Shown piece after piece: positions 25,954-41,076 of a DNA stretch of 64,000 nt (its first letter is position 1; every line of letters begins with the position of its first letter). Position numbers and translations under genes: made by a program. Location of the stretch: positions 4,650,001-4,714,000 of the forward strand of contig OX597831.1 of assembly GCA_951406725.2 (NCBI GenBank). The letters are read 5' to 3'. This DNA comes from Octopus vulgaris. Lineage: Eukaryota. Under the pieces are notes generated by a model. That model searched no databases, had not been told where the DNA came from, and worked only from the letters and a program-made list of their open reading frames with translations.

Positions 25954-26177
25954 TGTGTGTGTGTGTGCTTGTGTGCTTGTGTGTCCCCCCTAGCATTGCT
26001 TGACAACCGATGCTAGTGTGTTTACGTCCCCAATACCTAGCGGTTCGGCAAAAGGAGACCAATTGAATAAGCACTGGGCTTACAAAGAATAAGTCCCGGG
26101 GTCGATTTGCTCGACTAAAGGCGGTGCTCCAGCATGGCCGCAGTCAAATGACTGAAACAAGTAAAAGAGTAAAAGAG
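25876..26177 (+). mobile_element. SINE family A, 5'-truncated
   Basis: ctgaaagaagcctgtcg...gaaacaagtaaaagagtaaaagag. Confidence 0.9.
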
Positions 26178-26278
26178 ATATATCCAGATATATATCCATA
26201 TATATATACATACATATACGTATATATATGTGTGTGTGTGCTTGTGTGTATATATATATATACACATGCATATATGTA

Positions 26279-26329
<51 letters not shown>

Positions 26330-26383
26330 AGACACACACACACATATAGGTATTTTTCACTTGCTAGTGATGTCCTGTACTTA

Positions 26384-26429
<46 letters not shown>

Positions 26430-26944
26430 TAGATTGGGTCACCGGGAAAGGATGAGTTTCCCAGCAACGGAGTTTTGTTGTGTGGCTTTTGTTTCTTTTC
26501 CAGGTTATTTCGCATGCTTTCAACGAATGTGACATCGAAATAACGCGTAAACGGTTCCTTTCCCCAGAAAAGAAGAATTTGGCTGTTATATCTTGCACGC
26601 CCTGCAATCATGCAACAGGTCTTCCGGCTCCTTTATCTTAATAGCTATTATGTGGTAGCAAGATGTAATGTAAATAGCAGTGAAATCATTGTTGGACGAG
26701 AGATACCTTGAATGCCTTCGAAAGAAACCTATGGAAAAAATCTATTTTACACCGACGTTACGAACGGTTCTTTTACGAAATATTTACCGTATTTTTAAAG
26801 TCATTTTCACTTAAAAATATTTAAAAATATATATTAGCAAGCACTAAGATAAAATTAATATAATTAAATAATACCAATTTAAACTAGTCGTCAGCATACG
26901 TAAAAAAGTCGTCCGAGGACTGTAAATTATTTTTGAATATAAGA

Positions 26945-27057
26945 AGAGAGACCACTAAGTGGATTCCTTGTATGCTAAAAATAGACGTCAAACCGAAGTA
27001 GGACTGTTTGATGTCTATTGTTAACATACAAGGAATCCAGTTAGTGGTCGCGCCTCT
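26945..27057. repeat. ~50-bp-arm inverted repeat
   Basis: gaccactaagtggattccttgtatgctaaaaatagacgtcaaac / gtttgatgtctattgttaacatacaaggaatccagttagtggtc. Confidence 0.75.
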
Positions 27058-27077
27058 TTGACATATATATATATATA

Positions 27078-27722
27078 TCTAATGTAGAATAAAATTTTTC
27101 GAAAAAAAACTCTATCAATGGCCAGCATATTAAAAAATACCTTTAAAGGTGCTTGTAGTGATAAATTACATGGTTATTGACGTTGTGTCTATTTTCGGCA
27201 TATTTTGGTATTAGAAATTTTTTTCTTTTGCCCTTATAAATTGTTTATAATTTTAACCTTTAAAGGTATTTTTTAATATGCTGGCCATTGATAGAATTTT
27301 TATTCGAAAAATTTCATCCTACGTTAGATGTTAATTTAATAGTGTTCACTTCCGGACTCTCTCATTTCATGAGAGATTTTTAGTACGAATCGCACGTGTC
27401 TCGAGATGGGCTAGAGAGTTTCTATTTTGGATATATTTGGGGTACTTAATTGTGCTCATGACTTAGTGTTCACTTCTTCCATGGGTATAAGTAAGTATTT
27501 CACGTATTTCTTTGCCGCATTTATTACTGATGAAGGGAAGATTCTTAAGAATTAACTCTGAAATCGGGTCCGATATGGTAATAACGCGATTTTTTAGAAA
27601 TTTCTGTCGGCTTTCTTCGAAACGCGTGCTTGTAGTGATAAATTACATGGTTATTGACGTTGAGTCTGTTTTCGGCATATTTTGGCATTAGAAATTTTTT
27701 CTTTTGCCCTTACTTATAAATT
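27078..27722 (+). mobile_element. Fold-back plus ~477-bp partial tandem element with hammerhead-like motif, flanked by (TA)n
   Basis: 27078-27150 is the inverse of ~27256-27328; gtgcttgtagtgataaattac at 27149 and 27626; CTGATGA at 27527 with GAAA candidates at ~27560 and ~27619. Confidence 0.7.
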
Positions 27723-27736
27723 ATATATATATATAT

Positions 27737-27960
27737 GAAAAAACAAGTCAAGATAGAAAATGCTAAAATAATTTTATAAAGATCATTTCAGTACCGGTTT
27801 AGGTCATTTGAGACCTTTTCAACTGTAACGATTAAATAATTAAATTTAGAAAAATTAAAAGAAAAGTTTTTTTAAAGGAATATTTGTATAGTGTTCAAAT
27901 ATAAGTGGCATTTTCCTTGTTTCTGCATTTCTCTGTCTCTCTTGTTTACACTTGTGGGTT
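27737..27960 (-). mobile_element. Penelope-like terminal fragment with degenerate hammerhead (27789-27825)
   Basis: Minus strand: cag-TTGAAAA-ggtc tcaaat gacc-TAAA-ccgg-TA-ctg (U3-A8 core, G12 mutated). Confidence 0.55.
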
Positions 27961-27968
27961 TAGGTCGT

Positions 27969-28032
<64 letters not shown>

Positions 28033-28494
28033 TATATACACATATATATATATATTCAGATATTTTGCATAGATGGATGGATGAAAGAAGGGATGGATGT
28101 AGGGTGCTATGGATATGTATATGAAAGAAGTTACATAATAATTGTACCACGCTGTGGCTCAATATCATTAAATGCTAATCCTATATCCTCAACTGTTTTG
28201 AGAATTTACTTCATTTCTTCGCAATTTCCACAAGTATGATCCTGTAATTGTCGTATACACATGTACATAACGAAATTATACGCATATATTCATACACACA
28301 CGCGCACACGCACATATACATGCACGCGCGCACACAAACGCTCACACACATACATGTATATATATATATTTATATATATAAACTTATACATATGTATATT
28401 TACATAGATGATCGTGTGCAGGCCCGGAGCATGAATTTTCTATGCACCTCTTAGTCGTCTTTGTTTGTAATTCTGTAATCTAATTAAATATTTT

Positions 28495-28696
28495 CTTTTA
28501 TTCTTTTATTCTTTTACATGTTTTAGTCATTTGACTTCGGTCATGCTGGAGCACCGCCTGTTAGTCAAGCAAATCGACCCTAGGACTTATTCTTTCTAAG
28601 CCTAGTACATATTCTATCGGTCTCTTTTGCCGAAGCGATAAGTTGCGGGGAAGTAAACACACCAGCATCGGTTTTAAACCGATGTTGGGGCGACAA

Positions 28697-28767
<71 letters not shown>

Positions 28768-28950
28768 TATACACACATGCATATATGTACATACATATAT
28801 ACGACGGGCTTATTTTCAGTTTCCGTCTACCAAACCCACGCACAAGGCTATAGTAGAAGACACTTGCCCATGGGGACTGCCACGCTGTGGGACTGAACAC
28901 GGAATTATGTGGTTGGTATATGAGCTACTTACCACGCATCAACTCCTGGG
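28495..28950 (-). mobile_element. SINE family A with expanded internal (CA)n
   Basis: Reverse complement of the family A consensus. Confidence 0.85.
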
Positions 28951-28952
28951 CC

Positions 28953-29010
<58 letters not shown>

Positions 29011-29113
29011 CATACATGTATATTTTCATATATGCATATCTATATGTATATCTATATATGTATATATATATGTATATCTATCTAGCTATGTATCTACCTA
29101 TATATATATGTAG

Positions 29114-29152
<39 letters not shown>

Positions 29153-29636
29153 TATCTGTGTGTATGCATACATATGACAGTCAGGTGTGCATAATTTCAT
29201 TACTGTCAAAAAAATCTTCTACATAGACGTTAGGCTTTTCGCCAAAATGGCCGTTTTTGTGTTGGGTTGCTTTAAAACTATTCAATTACATACAGACACA
29301 ACGACACAAAACGAGACATGTCCCCACACACAAAGACATATCACATACACACACAGACACTCACACGCATGACACACACACACATGTATATGCACACATA
29401 CACACATTTATATATACACACATACACATATGTATATATACATATAAACATGTAAATATACGTTTGTGTTTATAGGAATAGAGACAAATTGTAATGTTTA
29501 TGTGTGTGTATGCGTGTGTGCGTACATATATGTCAATACAGAGAGGGAGGGAGAGAACAGGCAGAAAAAGGTTTATAAATTAATATATATATATATGCAT
29601 ATACGGTTTGATAGGGATATTCACAAAAATGCGTAG

Positions 29637-29735
<99 letters not shown>

Positions 29736-30179
29736 TGCTATGTCACAGTAATCAACCAACGGCCCACAAAACGATATCCGTTGCAATTTGTGATTGTTTT
29801 TTCGGGGCTTAACTACGAAAATCCTTCTCTGCTAACTGACATTTCTATTTAACGTAGTACATCATACACACACTCACACACAGAACCACACAGACACACG
29901 CTCGCACACACACACATGATTATATAGAAACGTATATACACATGCACATTTGGATGTCAATGTGTGTAAACGAATGTATGTGCGTATATATATATATATA
30001 TATATATATATGCATTCACTATGAATGTATATACACACGCACACCAGCGCAAACATCCATATGCACATACTGACAGTCACAAGCATGTGCATATAAAGAT
30101 ATTTGCAATTTAATATCGTGTTCACTGAAATAAGTATATAAGTATATAAGTGTATAAGTATATATACTTATATATATAA

Positions 30180-30242
<63 letters not shown>

Positions 30243-30455
30243 CATATATATATATATGTACATAAAAATATATATATGTATATGAATACATATATATTTT
30301 TTCATATATATATATTACATGCATATATATATATGTATACATATATTCATATATACATACATACATATATATACATACATACATACATACATATATATAT
30401 ATATATCCATGAGTATATTAACATTTTCAATCGACATATTACTTTTACACATACA

Positions 30456-30517
<62 letters not shown>

Positions 30518-30652
30518 TATATGTCTATATATACGTACATCTATATAAATATCTATGCATGTGTAATTATGTATGTATGAATATATATATTTATATGTAT
30601 ATATATATATATACATGTATATGTACACACATATACATACATATATATATAA

Positions 30653-30698
<46 letters not shown>

Positions 30699-30838
30699 CC
30701 CTAAATACATGCACGAGCGGAAGATAATAAAATGATTTGTTTCCTTTTCTATTTGTAAGAATGTCGATATGCTTGACTCCGCCATCCCAACCCGGACCAT
30801 CTACCTCACCATTGTTTCCCACCCTCGATCCACAACCT

Positions 30839-30875
<37 letters not shown>

Positions 30876-31073
30876 AACTGCTGCTCCTCCCCCTCCAGCG
30901 TTTGCTTCCGACTCCACCACTGCCACCACCACGAACAACTCTACATTGTCCGATGTCTTTTAATAGATTTCTTGCCGCATAACATTCCTACTTAGATCCA
31001 TTTTCATATCTATTGATTCCCGTTGTCAGCAATAGTGAAACGCCATGTCTAGTATTGTTCTACAAATATGGAG

Positions 31074-31117
<44 letters not shown>

Positions 31118-31584
31118 TGGTGAGGTGCGTGTGTGTATATGTCTGTGGTTGTGTGTGTGTGTGTAGGGACAGACGGTCTACTGGCACTTGCTCTCTCCCT
31201 CTCGCTCTTTCTCTTTCAATTTCACACCCACAAAAGTTCTCCTACCTCGTCCTTTCGTATGTATGTATGTATGTATGTATGTATGTATGTGCGCATGTAT
31301 GTATGCATGTATGTATGTATGTATGTATGTGTGTATGCATGTATGAATGTATGTGTGTATGTATGTATGTATGTGTGTATGTATGTATGCATGTATGTAT
31401 GTATGTATGTGTGTATGTATGCATGTATGTATGTATGTATGCAACTATCTATGAATGTATGTATGAATGCATGTATGTATGTTATGTGTGTGTATGTATA
31501 AAATATAATATATATACATACTTATACACATACATATATCGAGACGCATCATATAAATATCACTTCACAAATATATGCATATAC

Positions 31585-31687
<103 letters not shown>

Positions 31688-31758
31688 TATATGTATATAT
31701 ATGTATATATGAATATATATATATTTACATACATATACATTTATATACATATGTACAT

Positions 31759-31790
<32 letters not shown>

Positions 31791-31870
31791 CAATATATGT
31801 GTATGAATATACGTATTCATAAATAAATATATATTTATATATGTATATCAATACATATATGTAGATATAG

Positions 31871-31908
<38 letters not shown>

Positions 31909-31956
31909 GCACACATACCCACACATATACTTATATATACGGAGAAAGAGACAGGC

Positions 31957-32042
<86 letters not shown>

Positions 32043-32235
32043 GCAGACGTAAACAGGCCTCTGCGCGTGTGTGTGTGTGTTCAGTATTGGAGAACGCTAC
32101 AGAAATCCCTTCAAATTAAACTCTGACATTTTTCACACAAATTATAGAAATTAGATCTACGCACTCTACACAACGTATGTCGTTCACCTACCCATGCTTG
32201 TAAACTCAAACACACTTCGTCTGTCTTTCCGTCTG

Positions 32236-32322
<87 letters not shown>

Positions 32323-32509
32323 GTCTGTCTGTCTGTCTGTCTGTGTGTCTATCTATCTCTCTATTTATCTATCTATTTATCTTTAACTATCTATTTATTC
32401 TTTATCTATCTATCTATCCATCTATCTATCTTTCTATCAATCTGTCTATCTGTCTATCTATCCAACTATGTATATGCGTATGAGTATATATATACATATC
32501 TATGACATG

Positions 32510-32551
<42 letters not shown>

Positions 32552-32716
32552 GCTCGAAATGAGGAGTAGATAGACAGTCGGCAAATGATGAAGGGTCGTT
32601 TCCCTGTGTTTACTTGTCCTGTTTCCCATTTTTTCTCTTGTTGTTTACGTATTTAACTCGTTTGCCTACGTATTTCATGTCGTTTACACGATTGGTGACG
32701 TCCTGTACCCATATAT

Positions 32717-32781
<65 letters not shown>

Positions 32782-32982
32782 CATATATATATTATTTATA
32801 TATTTATTATATATATATATATATATCCATATATATTATTTATTATATATATACATATGTATTTATATATATGTATATATATATATACATGCATATATAT
32901 ATACATATATATATGCATATATATATATATATATATGTACATATATATGTACACATAGATGTATATATATATGTATATATGT

Positions 32983-33047
<65 letters not shown>

Positions 33048-33335
33048 CACACACACATATGTATGTATATATATTGATGCATACATATATCATAATTCAG
33101 TTAGGTGTTAAATAACCACCTAACGGATGTTAAACATCCAAAGAACTTACTGCTTATTTACCTATATAAATAACATCGTAATGTACTGCGATCATAAAAG
33201 ACAGGTAAAGACCCAAAAAATAATCCGTTTATTGAAATATTTATATGAATTAGAAATGGGAAAAAATTATAAATTTAATAATTTAATGATTAAATTATTT
33301 AATTATTTAATTTTATTATTTCCATTTCTAATTTA

Positions 33336-33435
<100 letters not shown>

Positions 33436-33889
33436 GTATATATATATATATTTATATATATATACTCATATATATATGTACGATTGATTATATATATATA
33501 TATATAAATATAAATATATATACACCTATATATACTCACATATATTTGTCAATAGAGCTTCGTGTATAATACGCATATGCTATCACATGCATCGATATAT
33601 GTGACTACATATTAGTTTGGTTGAGAGTGAAGTTGATGTTTTGTAGCTGTTGTTTTATTCAAACTGTGATAAATGGTTCGTATTAGCAACTGACAGCGAA
33701 TCACCGAAGACAATCTCAACAAATTCTCATAAACCTTAGTCTCTATGTACGTACTAAAATCTTTTAGTAAGGTAATATTTATTGTATTAAAGTATTTATA
33801 AGCATTCACCTGTATACACACATGGAGGCATACATAATTATGCATGTATATATTTACGTATGCATGTATACATGAATGTAAGAATACAG

Positions 33890-34117
33890 TTCTATATTAA
33901 AGAGATGAGGAATTATGTACCTTAATTACATTATTTTCATTTGCAGATATTTGTCCTCATCTTGTTTGTTGTTAACACAACGTTTCAGCTGATATACCCT
34001 CCAGCCTTCATCGGGTGTCTTGGGGAAATTTCAAACCTAGGTTCTCATATGGTGTGATGGTTAAGAGAGCGGGCTACTAACCGCAAAATTCTGAGTTCGA
34101 TTCCAGGCAGTGACCTG

Positions 34118-34196
<79 letters not shown>

Positions 34197-34258
34197 CAAC
34201 AATATCGAAAAATACTTTAGGAATGAGAACCCAGGTTCAAAATTTCCCAAAGACACCT
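33890..34258 (+). mobile_element. tRNA-headed element with (TAA)n spacer and hammerhead tail, preceded by an inverted copy of its own 3' part
   Basis: tRNA-like head 34051-34118 (A-box gatggttaag, B-box gagttcgattcc); body 34200-34258, whose 34223-34258 part is the inverse of 34013-34048; minus-strand hammerhead 33974-34019 acac-CCGATGA-aggctg..cagct-GAAACGTT-gtgt. Confidence 0.7.
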
Positions 34259-34285
34259 CACGTGCAACAGCTACCCAAAATTATC

Positions 34286-34498
34286 CTTTTTCTACTGTAG
34301 GCACAAGGCCCGAAATGTTGGGGGAGGGGGCCAGGCAATAAGATCTACTCCAGTACGCAACTGGTACTTAATTTATTGACCCTGAAAGGATAAAAGGCAA
34401 AGTCGACCTCTGCGGAATTTGAACTCAGCGTAAAGACAGACGAAATACCGGTAAGCATTTCGCACGGGTTGCTAACGTTTATGCCAGCTCACCATGTT
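34286..34498 (-). mobile_element. SINE family B with 17-bp TSD
   Basis: TSD agctacccaaaattatc at 34269-34285 and 34499-34515. Confidence 0.9.
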
Positions 34499-34906
34499 AG
34501 CTACCCAAAATTATCGCCAACGTACTAACAACCAATCCGACGTGACGTTGTCGCGCTAACAATGTACTACGCCACCTGAAAAAAATTTTAAAGTGTTATC
34601 TGAGATAAATATGGAGAAATTACTTGTTTTTGAATAAATACATAACCATTAACACAAGAAATATTGGTGGGATAATCCCATAATCGCCTCCTCCAACTTT
34701 AAAACTTTGGGACAAGAAAGAAAATGTAGGTAGAGCCATTGTAGTTAGCTGCCCTAATGATGTGAATATCTCGTTGGAAATCCAGGAGAAAGAAAGTAGA
34801 CACTGACTTTAATTTTCTTATATATACATACATACATACATACATACATACATACATACATAAATACATACATATATAAAATTATACGTATATATACATA
34901 TGTATG

Positions 34907-34943
<37 letters not shown>

Positions 34944-35005
34944 ATATTTCGGAATAGTCATATTGCCAGTTTAGGCAATAAATATTGCACAACAAATATT
35001 TAAAC

Positions 35006-35062
<57 letters not shown>

Positions 35063-35335
35063 GTATGTATATATACATGTATACATGTATAACCATACAT
35101 ATGTGTATGTGTGTGTACGTATGTGCATGTGTAAGTATGCATATATTTTATATATTGTGTAATATCTAATATCATATAATTATGTTTGACATATAAATTC
35201 ATATTTATACATATATATATATATATGTATGTATGTATTTATGTATGTATATATATATAGAGAGATATATTTACAAACAAGTAAATATATATATATATAT
35301 ATATACATATATGTATATATATATATATATACATG

Positions 35336-35387
<52 letters not shown>

Positions 35388-35917
35388 AACAAGGGAATAT
35401 TAAATTTTTTGGTGGTATTTATACACCATTACAGATGTTTCATTTGCTAATATGTGTTACAAAATTGTACATGCTGGAAAAACCTGTAAGATATCCCCTA
35501 TTAGAAATTCTACAGACAAACAAATTATGCAAAATTTAAATTTGTATGAAGCGTTTATATAGTTAGTAAGTGGGAGTCCTGCAGAGAGTAAGAGGAGAGA
35601 ATAAAGAATACATCTAGTAATATAGAAAAACGAGAGTGTGTAAGAGAACGAAGAAGCGGATATATGTATATAATTATGCACACACACATACACTCACTCG
35701 CGGACGCACAATTACTATTCATAGATATATAAATATATATCTGCATGTGTGTCTGCATATGTATATATGTGTTTATATGTATGTATACATGCGAATGTTC
35801 TGTATATGCATATATGTATATATGAGTGTATACATAATATATGTCTATGTGTATATGCATATTTATGTATACATACATGTGTGTTTGTATGTGTGTGTGT
35901 GTGTATGTGTAACTATA

Positions 35918-36098
35918 CGCGTGTTGTTGGTGACATTTTTCCTTCTCTGGACTTTTTCTGTTTTCTTTTCTGACGAAGAGCTATGCTCGACACGTCGAAA
36001 TCTCTCTCTTTTTACCGAGCGTCAAACTAATATATTCTATGTACACAACCTCTTGTTTGTTATTGTTATTTTTAATGTTGTCTTTGTATGTGATTATA
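35918..36098 (+). mobile_element. Penelope-like terminal repeat with degenerate hammerhead (35966-36000)
   Basis: tttt-CTGACGA-a-gagc tat gctc-GACA-cg-TC-gaaa; downstream ccgagcgtcaaactaata resembles the 11.4 and 53.9 kb copies; ends at (TA)n. Confidence 0.6.
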
Positions 36099-36322
36099 CA
36101 TATATATATATATGCATGTATGTGTACATAACATATATATGTAAGTATATATATATTGTTACATCTCATATGAAGTGGTTCCTATTTACAGCTAGCTAAG
36201 ACTTCGCTTTTGGACGGTTAGTTGATTCATATTCAAATGCGATGTAAAACAATTCAGTGGAAGCAAAATGGCTGCTCAATATCCGACATTATTTCCCTCA
36301 AGATGTCTCTAACTTTACAATC

Positions 36323-36417
<95 letters not shown>

Positions 36418-36421
36418 ATCT

Positions 36422-36480
<59 letters not shown>

Positions 36481-36587
36481 GTCTGTCTGTCTGTCTGTCT
36501 GTCTGTATCTATCTACCTATCTATCTATGTAGATCGCTAGCTAGCTAATTACCTACCTAACTACTTACCTACCTACCAACCTACCTT

Positions 36588-36778
36588 AGTAGTATTTCGT
36601 CTGCGACTACATTCTGAGTACAAATTCCGCCGAGTTTGACTCTTTACCTTTCATCCTTTCGGGGTCGATTAAATAAGTACCAGTTACGCACTGGGGTCGA
36701 TATAATCGAATTAATCCGTTTGTCTGTCCTTGTTTGTCCTCTCGGTGTTTGGCACCTTGTGGTTAGTAAAGAAATAAG

Positions 36779-36780
<2 letters not shown>
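36588..36780 (+). mobile_element. SINE family B, partial
   Basis: cctttcatcctttcggggtcgattaaataagtaccag core. Confidence 0.85.
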
Positions 36781-36810
<30 letters not shown>

Positions 36811-36905
36811 TCTGTATGTATATGCATACATATTATATATTATATATTATATATATACATATACATATATATGTATATATATATATAATTATACATACAT
36901 ATAAT

Positions 36906-36937
<32 letters not shown>

Positions 36938-37628
36938 CTATATATACATATATACACACACACACACATATATATATGTAATCATATATACAAATACATA
37001 TAATAAAGAAATATACATAACGTACATATATAAATATATGATTATATACATACATACATATATACATACAAACATGCATGCATACATACATACATACATA
37101 CATAAATACATACATATACGACTGTATGTACGTAGTCACACATATTGAAGCATAAACGTACAAAGGCAAATCTATAGAGAAACCAACAACCAACAGCCAA
37201 CCGTCACGTCTCTCTCATCCTGACTCCACCGTCCACCATATTGAATACATCAACTCTGTATATATATCCTCTTATAAATTATTTATCAGGGAAACAACCA
37301 AAAGGGCGAGATCGATAGCAAATTGGAAAATATCACTGCGTGCCTCCCAGTGTGTGTGTTTCTATGTGTGCATGTGTGTGTGTGTGTGCGTGTGTGTGTG
37401 CTTTGTACTATTCATTGCTAGATAATGATATTTAATCGAGTGCATCCAATTATTATGGTAAACTTCAATTAACTTCCCTTTGTCTCAACGAATCAAACAT
37501 TGGCATCTTCTGTGGATGATGTGTTCCACTGATAGGGAGGGATGGAACCTTTGTGCACAAACATACAAAACACACACACACACACACACACAAGCACACA
37601 CACATATTCATACACCTACACACACACA

Positions 37629-37666
<38 letters not shown>

Positions 37667-37783
37667 TAAGCAGACATGTATATACATTACACACACAGGC
37701 ATGTACGCACACATATATATATCGTTAGAGCATACTTGCACATGAGTATATATATATACACATATATATGTGTGTGCGTCAGT

Positions 37784-37818
<35 letters not shown>

Positions 37819-38533
37819 GATGTATAAATATATGTATATATATATATGTATGTATATACATATATATATATATCAATATTAATATATATATATACATATA
37901 TATGTATGTATGTGTATATATATATATATATATGTATGTATATACATATATATGTTAACATATATATATATATATATATATGTTTGTGTGTGTGTACATG
38001 TTTATGAGCATCTATACACATAGATGCATGTATTCCTACTAACCCATACACACACAAATGTAGACATACGCACATCAGAGCGTAATATTCTGACAGGCAT
38101 GGAAGCACGGATACAGATGCGTGCGCGTACACCCACACGCACGCACACAAGAAGAAGTGTTTATATATATATATATATATCCCAAAGTGGTTTTCTGCAC
38201 TCACACACATTCACATAACTTTCAGTTATGCACACACAAGCACACACGTTCAGAGAAACCCACACGAGTGCACATATACACATATATACACTCAAGCACA
38301 TACATACACAATCATACGCAATCATACACGCACGATCGCGTACGAACATAAGCGCACCATCACGCTCATATATACTCACACATGTGGTTCCATGAAGTTT
38401 CTGTCTGCCAAATTTCATGCTCAGGACATTGGTGAACCAGACTTTAGAGCAGAAGTCAATGGAGTTTGGAAAAGTGGTCGCCGTGCCAAGCCAAATTCTT
38501 CATAATATGGCAATGTCTTCATCTCTTTCTCTT

Positions 38534-38902
38534 TCTATATATATATATATATATATATATATGAACGGCAAAATGAGTGTGTGTGTATCCTTTATAAAAA
38601 TCCACAATTTTTCAGTTAGGGGGCTCACACTTTCTATGGTCATTCAAAACCGTCCAAGGGTGGTCGTGCACATCTTTACATTTCCCCAGTCACCCCGAAA
38701 GCCATTAAAAAATCAATAGAAATGTCTTTTTTGTGAATTTTTTTATCCAAAACCCAATCAAACTTGATACGCCAATTGAATGCCAGCTAGCTGTATGTGA
38801 TTGGTCGGAGATTTGGACAGTACTCGCGTGTATGTGCGCATTCACGCAGCTGTATATGCATGCACTAGCACTATGACCTGGCGTCGCCGGGTCATAGTGC
38901 TA

Positions 38903-38904
<2 letters not shown>
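38534..38904 (+). mobile_element. Putative non-autonomous Helitron
   Basis: Begins TC(TA)n..; ends with GC-rich hairpin acctggcgtcgccgggt followed by CTAG-T; no TSD or TIR. Confidence 0.55.
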
Positions 38905-38949
<45 letters not shown>

Positions 38950-38974
38950 AACACACACACAAACACGTATATAT

Positions 38975-39280
38975 AGGGACAGGAGTGGCTTTGTGGTAAG
39001 AAGCTTACCTCTCAACCACATCGTGCCAAGTTCGGTTCCACTGCGTGGCAACTTGGGCAAGTGTCATTTACTATAGCCTCGGGTCGGCCAAAGCCTTGTG
39101 AGTGGATCTACTAGACGGAAAATGAAAGAAGCCTGTCGTATATATATATATATGTGTGTGTGTATGTGTGTGTGTATTGTATGTATGTGCTTGTCTCCTA
39201 CTCCATCGCTTGAGAATCGGTGTTGGTGTGTTTACTTCCCCGTAACTATAGCGATTCGGCAAAAGAGACTGTTAGAATAC
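38975..39280 (+). mobile_element. SINE family A, 3'-truncated by (TACA)n
   Basis: caggagtggctttgtggtaag head and body. Confidence 0.85.
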
Positions 39281-39431
39281 ATACATACATACATACATAC
39301 ATACATACATGCATGCATACACACATACATACATACATACATATACATACATACATACATACATACATACATACATACATACATACATACATACATGCAT
39401 ACATACATACATACATACATGCATACATACA

Positions 39432-39463
<32 letters not shown>

Positions 39464-40437
39464 CATACATACATACATACATACATACATACATACATAC
39501 ATACATACATACATACATACATACATACATACATACGTATGTATTTTCGTTTTTGAAACAGTGGCTCACAAAGCGCATAAATACATAAAAAAACACGTAA
39601 ATATTTTGCCTTCGACGTTTCTCTCGAAAAATGCTAAGATTTACAGCTTTATGTGCTTCGAGATCCCATGAAGTTAGTAAATTCTTATGACGTCACCAAT
39701 ACGTGTGCTTATATAGAAACACATCCACTCTCTCCCACATAGACGCGCACGCGCACACACACAGGCATGCACACATATGGTGAATTCTACCTTATTCTTC
39801 GACGGATGAAGGTCGAACAGCCAAATATAATAATCGTTAGGGTACTCACGCTCGAGATTTACTTCCAGGGTTTCAATGATTCTGCTGGACCAACCACGCA
39901 CTTTTCGGGAATGCCGATAGTAGAAATTCCGTCCAGGGTTCGATTCCTTTGACTAAAACTCTCCAAGTCGGTGTTCAAGTATAGTCGCAGTCCAGTGAAT
40001 GAAACAAGTAAAGAGATATATTTTCTTAACACCTGTACTTGACATTGTCGGTTCTAACCGTTGCAATCGATATTTGACTCTCACGATCAGTGGAACTATA
40101 CCCATGAAAGACAATCGTCAAGTTAAGTGCCTTTTCTCTAAATAATTTTTGTTTACTTTTCAAACTGTTATGCTTTTTTTTTCATAGCACTCTTTTACGA
40201 TTTCCCTTCTTAATGTTTCCATCGATTACATATTTGCAGCTTTCCCCTCATCTGACCAAACAATTGTTATTTTCCGGTTCCCCGCGTATTTATTTGTATT
40301 ATTGTTTCGCGAATAAATATGCTTATGCTTACTATTATGTGTCCAACGTCTTGATTTCATTTTTCGTCAGAGAGAAATTAGGCATTGTAATAGATACTGG
40401 GAACATACCCGCTCCTGGGCATTACCGGGTACCTCAG

Positions 40438-40481
<44 letters not shown>

Positions 40482-40482
<1 letters not shown>

Positions 40483-40621
40483 AGAGGTCGACTTTGCCTT
40501 TCATCCTTTCGGGGTCGATAAATAAAGTACCAGTTTCCCACTGGGGTCGAAGAAATCGACTTAATCCCTTTGTCTGTCCTTGTTTGTCCCCTCTATGTTT
40601 TGCCCCTTGTGGACAGTAAAG

Positions 40622-40625
<4 letters not shown>
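40482..40625 (+). mobile_element. SINE family B core fragment between (TA)n tracts
   Basis: gaggtcgactttgcctttcatcctttcggggtcgataaa. Confidence 0.85.
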
Positions 40626-40652
<27 letters not shown>

Positions 40653-40815
40653 CGTTCACACTTGCACATATATATATATATGTGCATATATATATTCACA
40701 CATGCTCATATATACATATATATATATATACACAAACAGACAGATATATATATATGCATACACAAACATATATACATATATATATATAAGGCTCTCTCTC
40801 TCACTCTCTCTCACT

Positions 40816-40851
<36 letters not shown>

Positions 40852-41016
40852 ATATATATATATATATACATACATATATATGTCCACACATGTACGTATT
40901 TACATTCATATATAAACAAGTATATGTAAATGTTTGTGTATCCATAAATATATATACATATGTGCATATATATATGCATACACAGATATACATGCACACA
41001 CACATATATATATACC

Positions 41017-41076
<60 letters not shown>

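Noticed and set aside
25743-26074. N-terminal third of the 325-aa ORF
   Set aside because: Chance read-through of SINE and microsatellite sequence into the truncated LINE ORF
26428-26940. Possible mariner-like remnant
   Set aside because: Could not identify a matching TIR pair or a convincing transposase motif
34051-34118. Possible tRNA gene
   Set aside because: No proper acceptor stem; fused to (TAA)n and a repeat body, so treated as a SINE head
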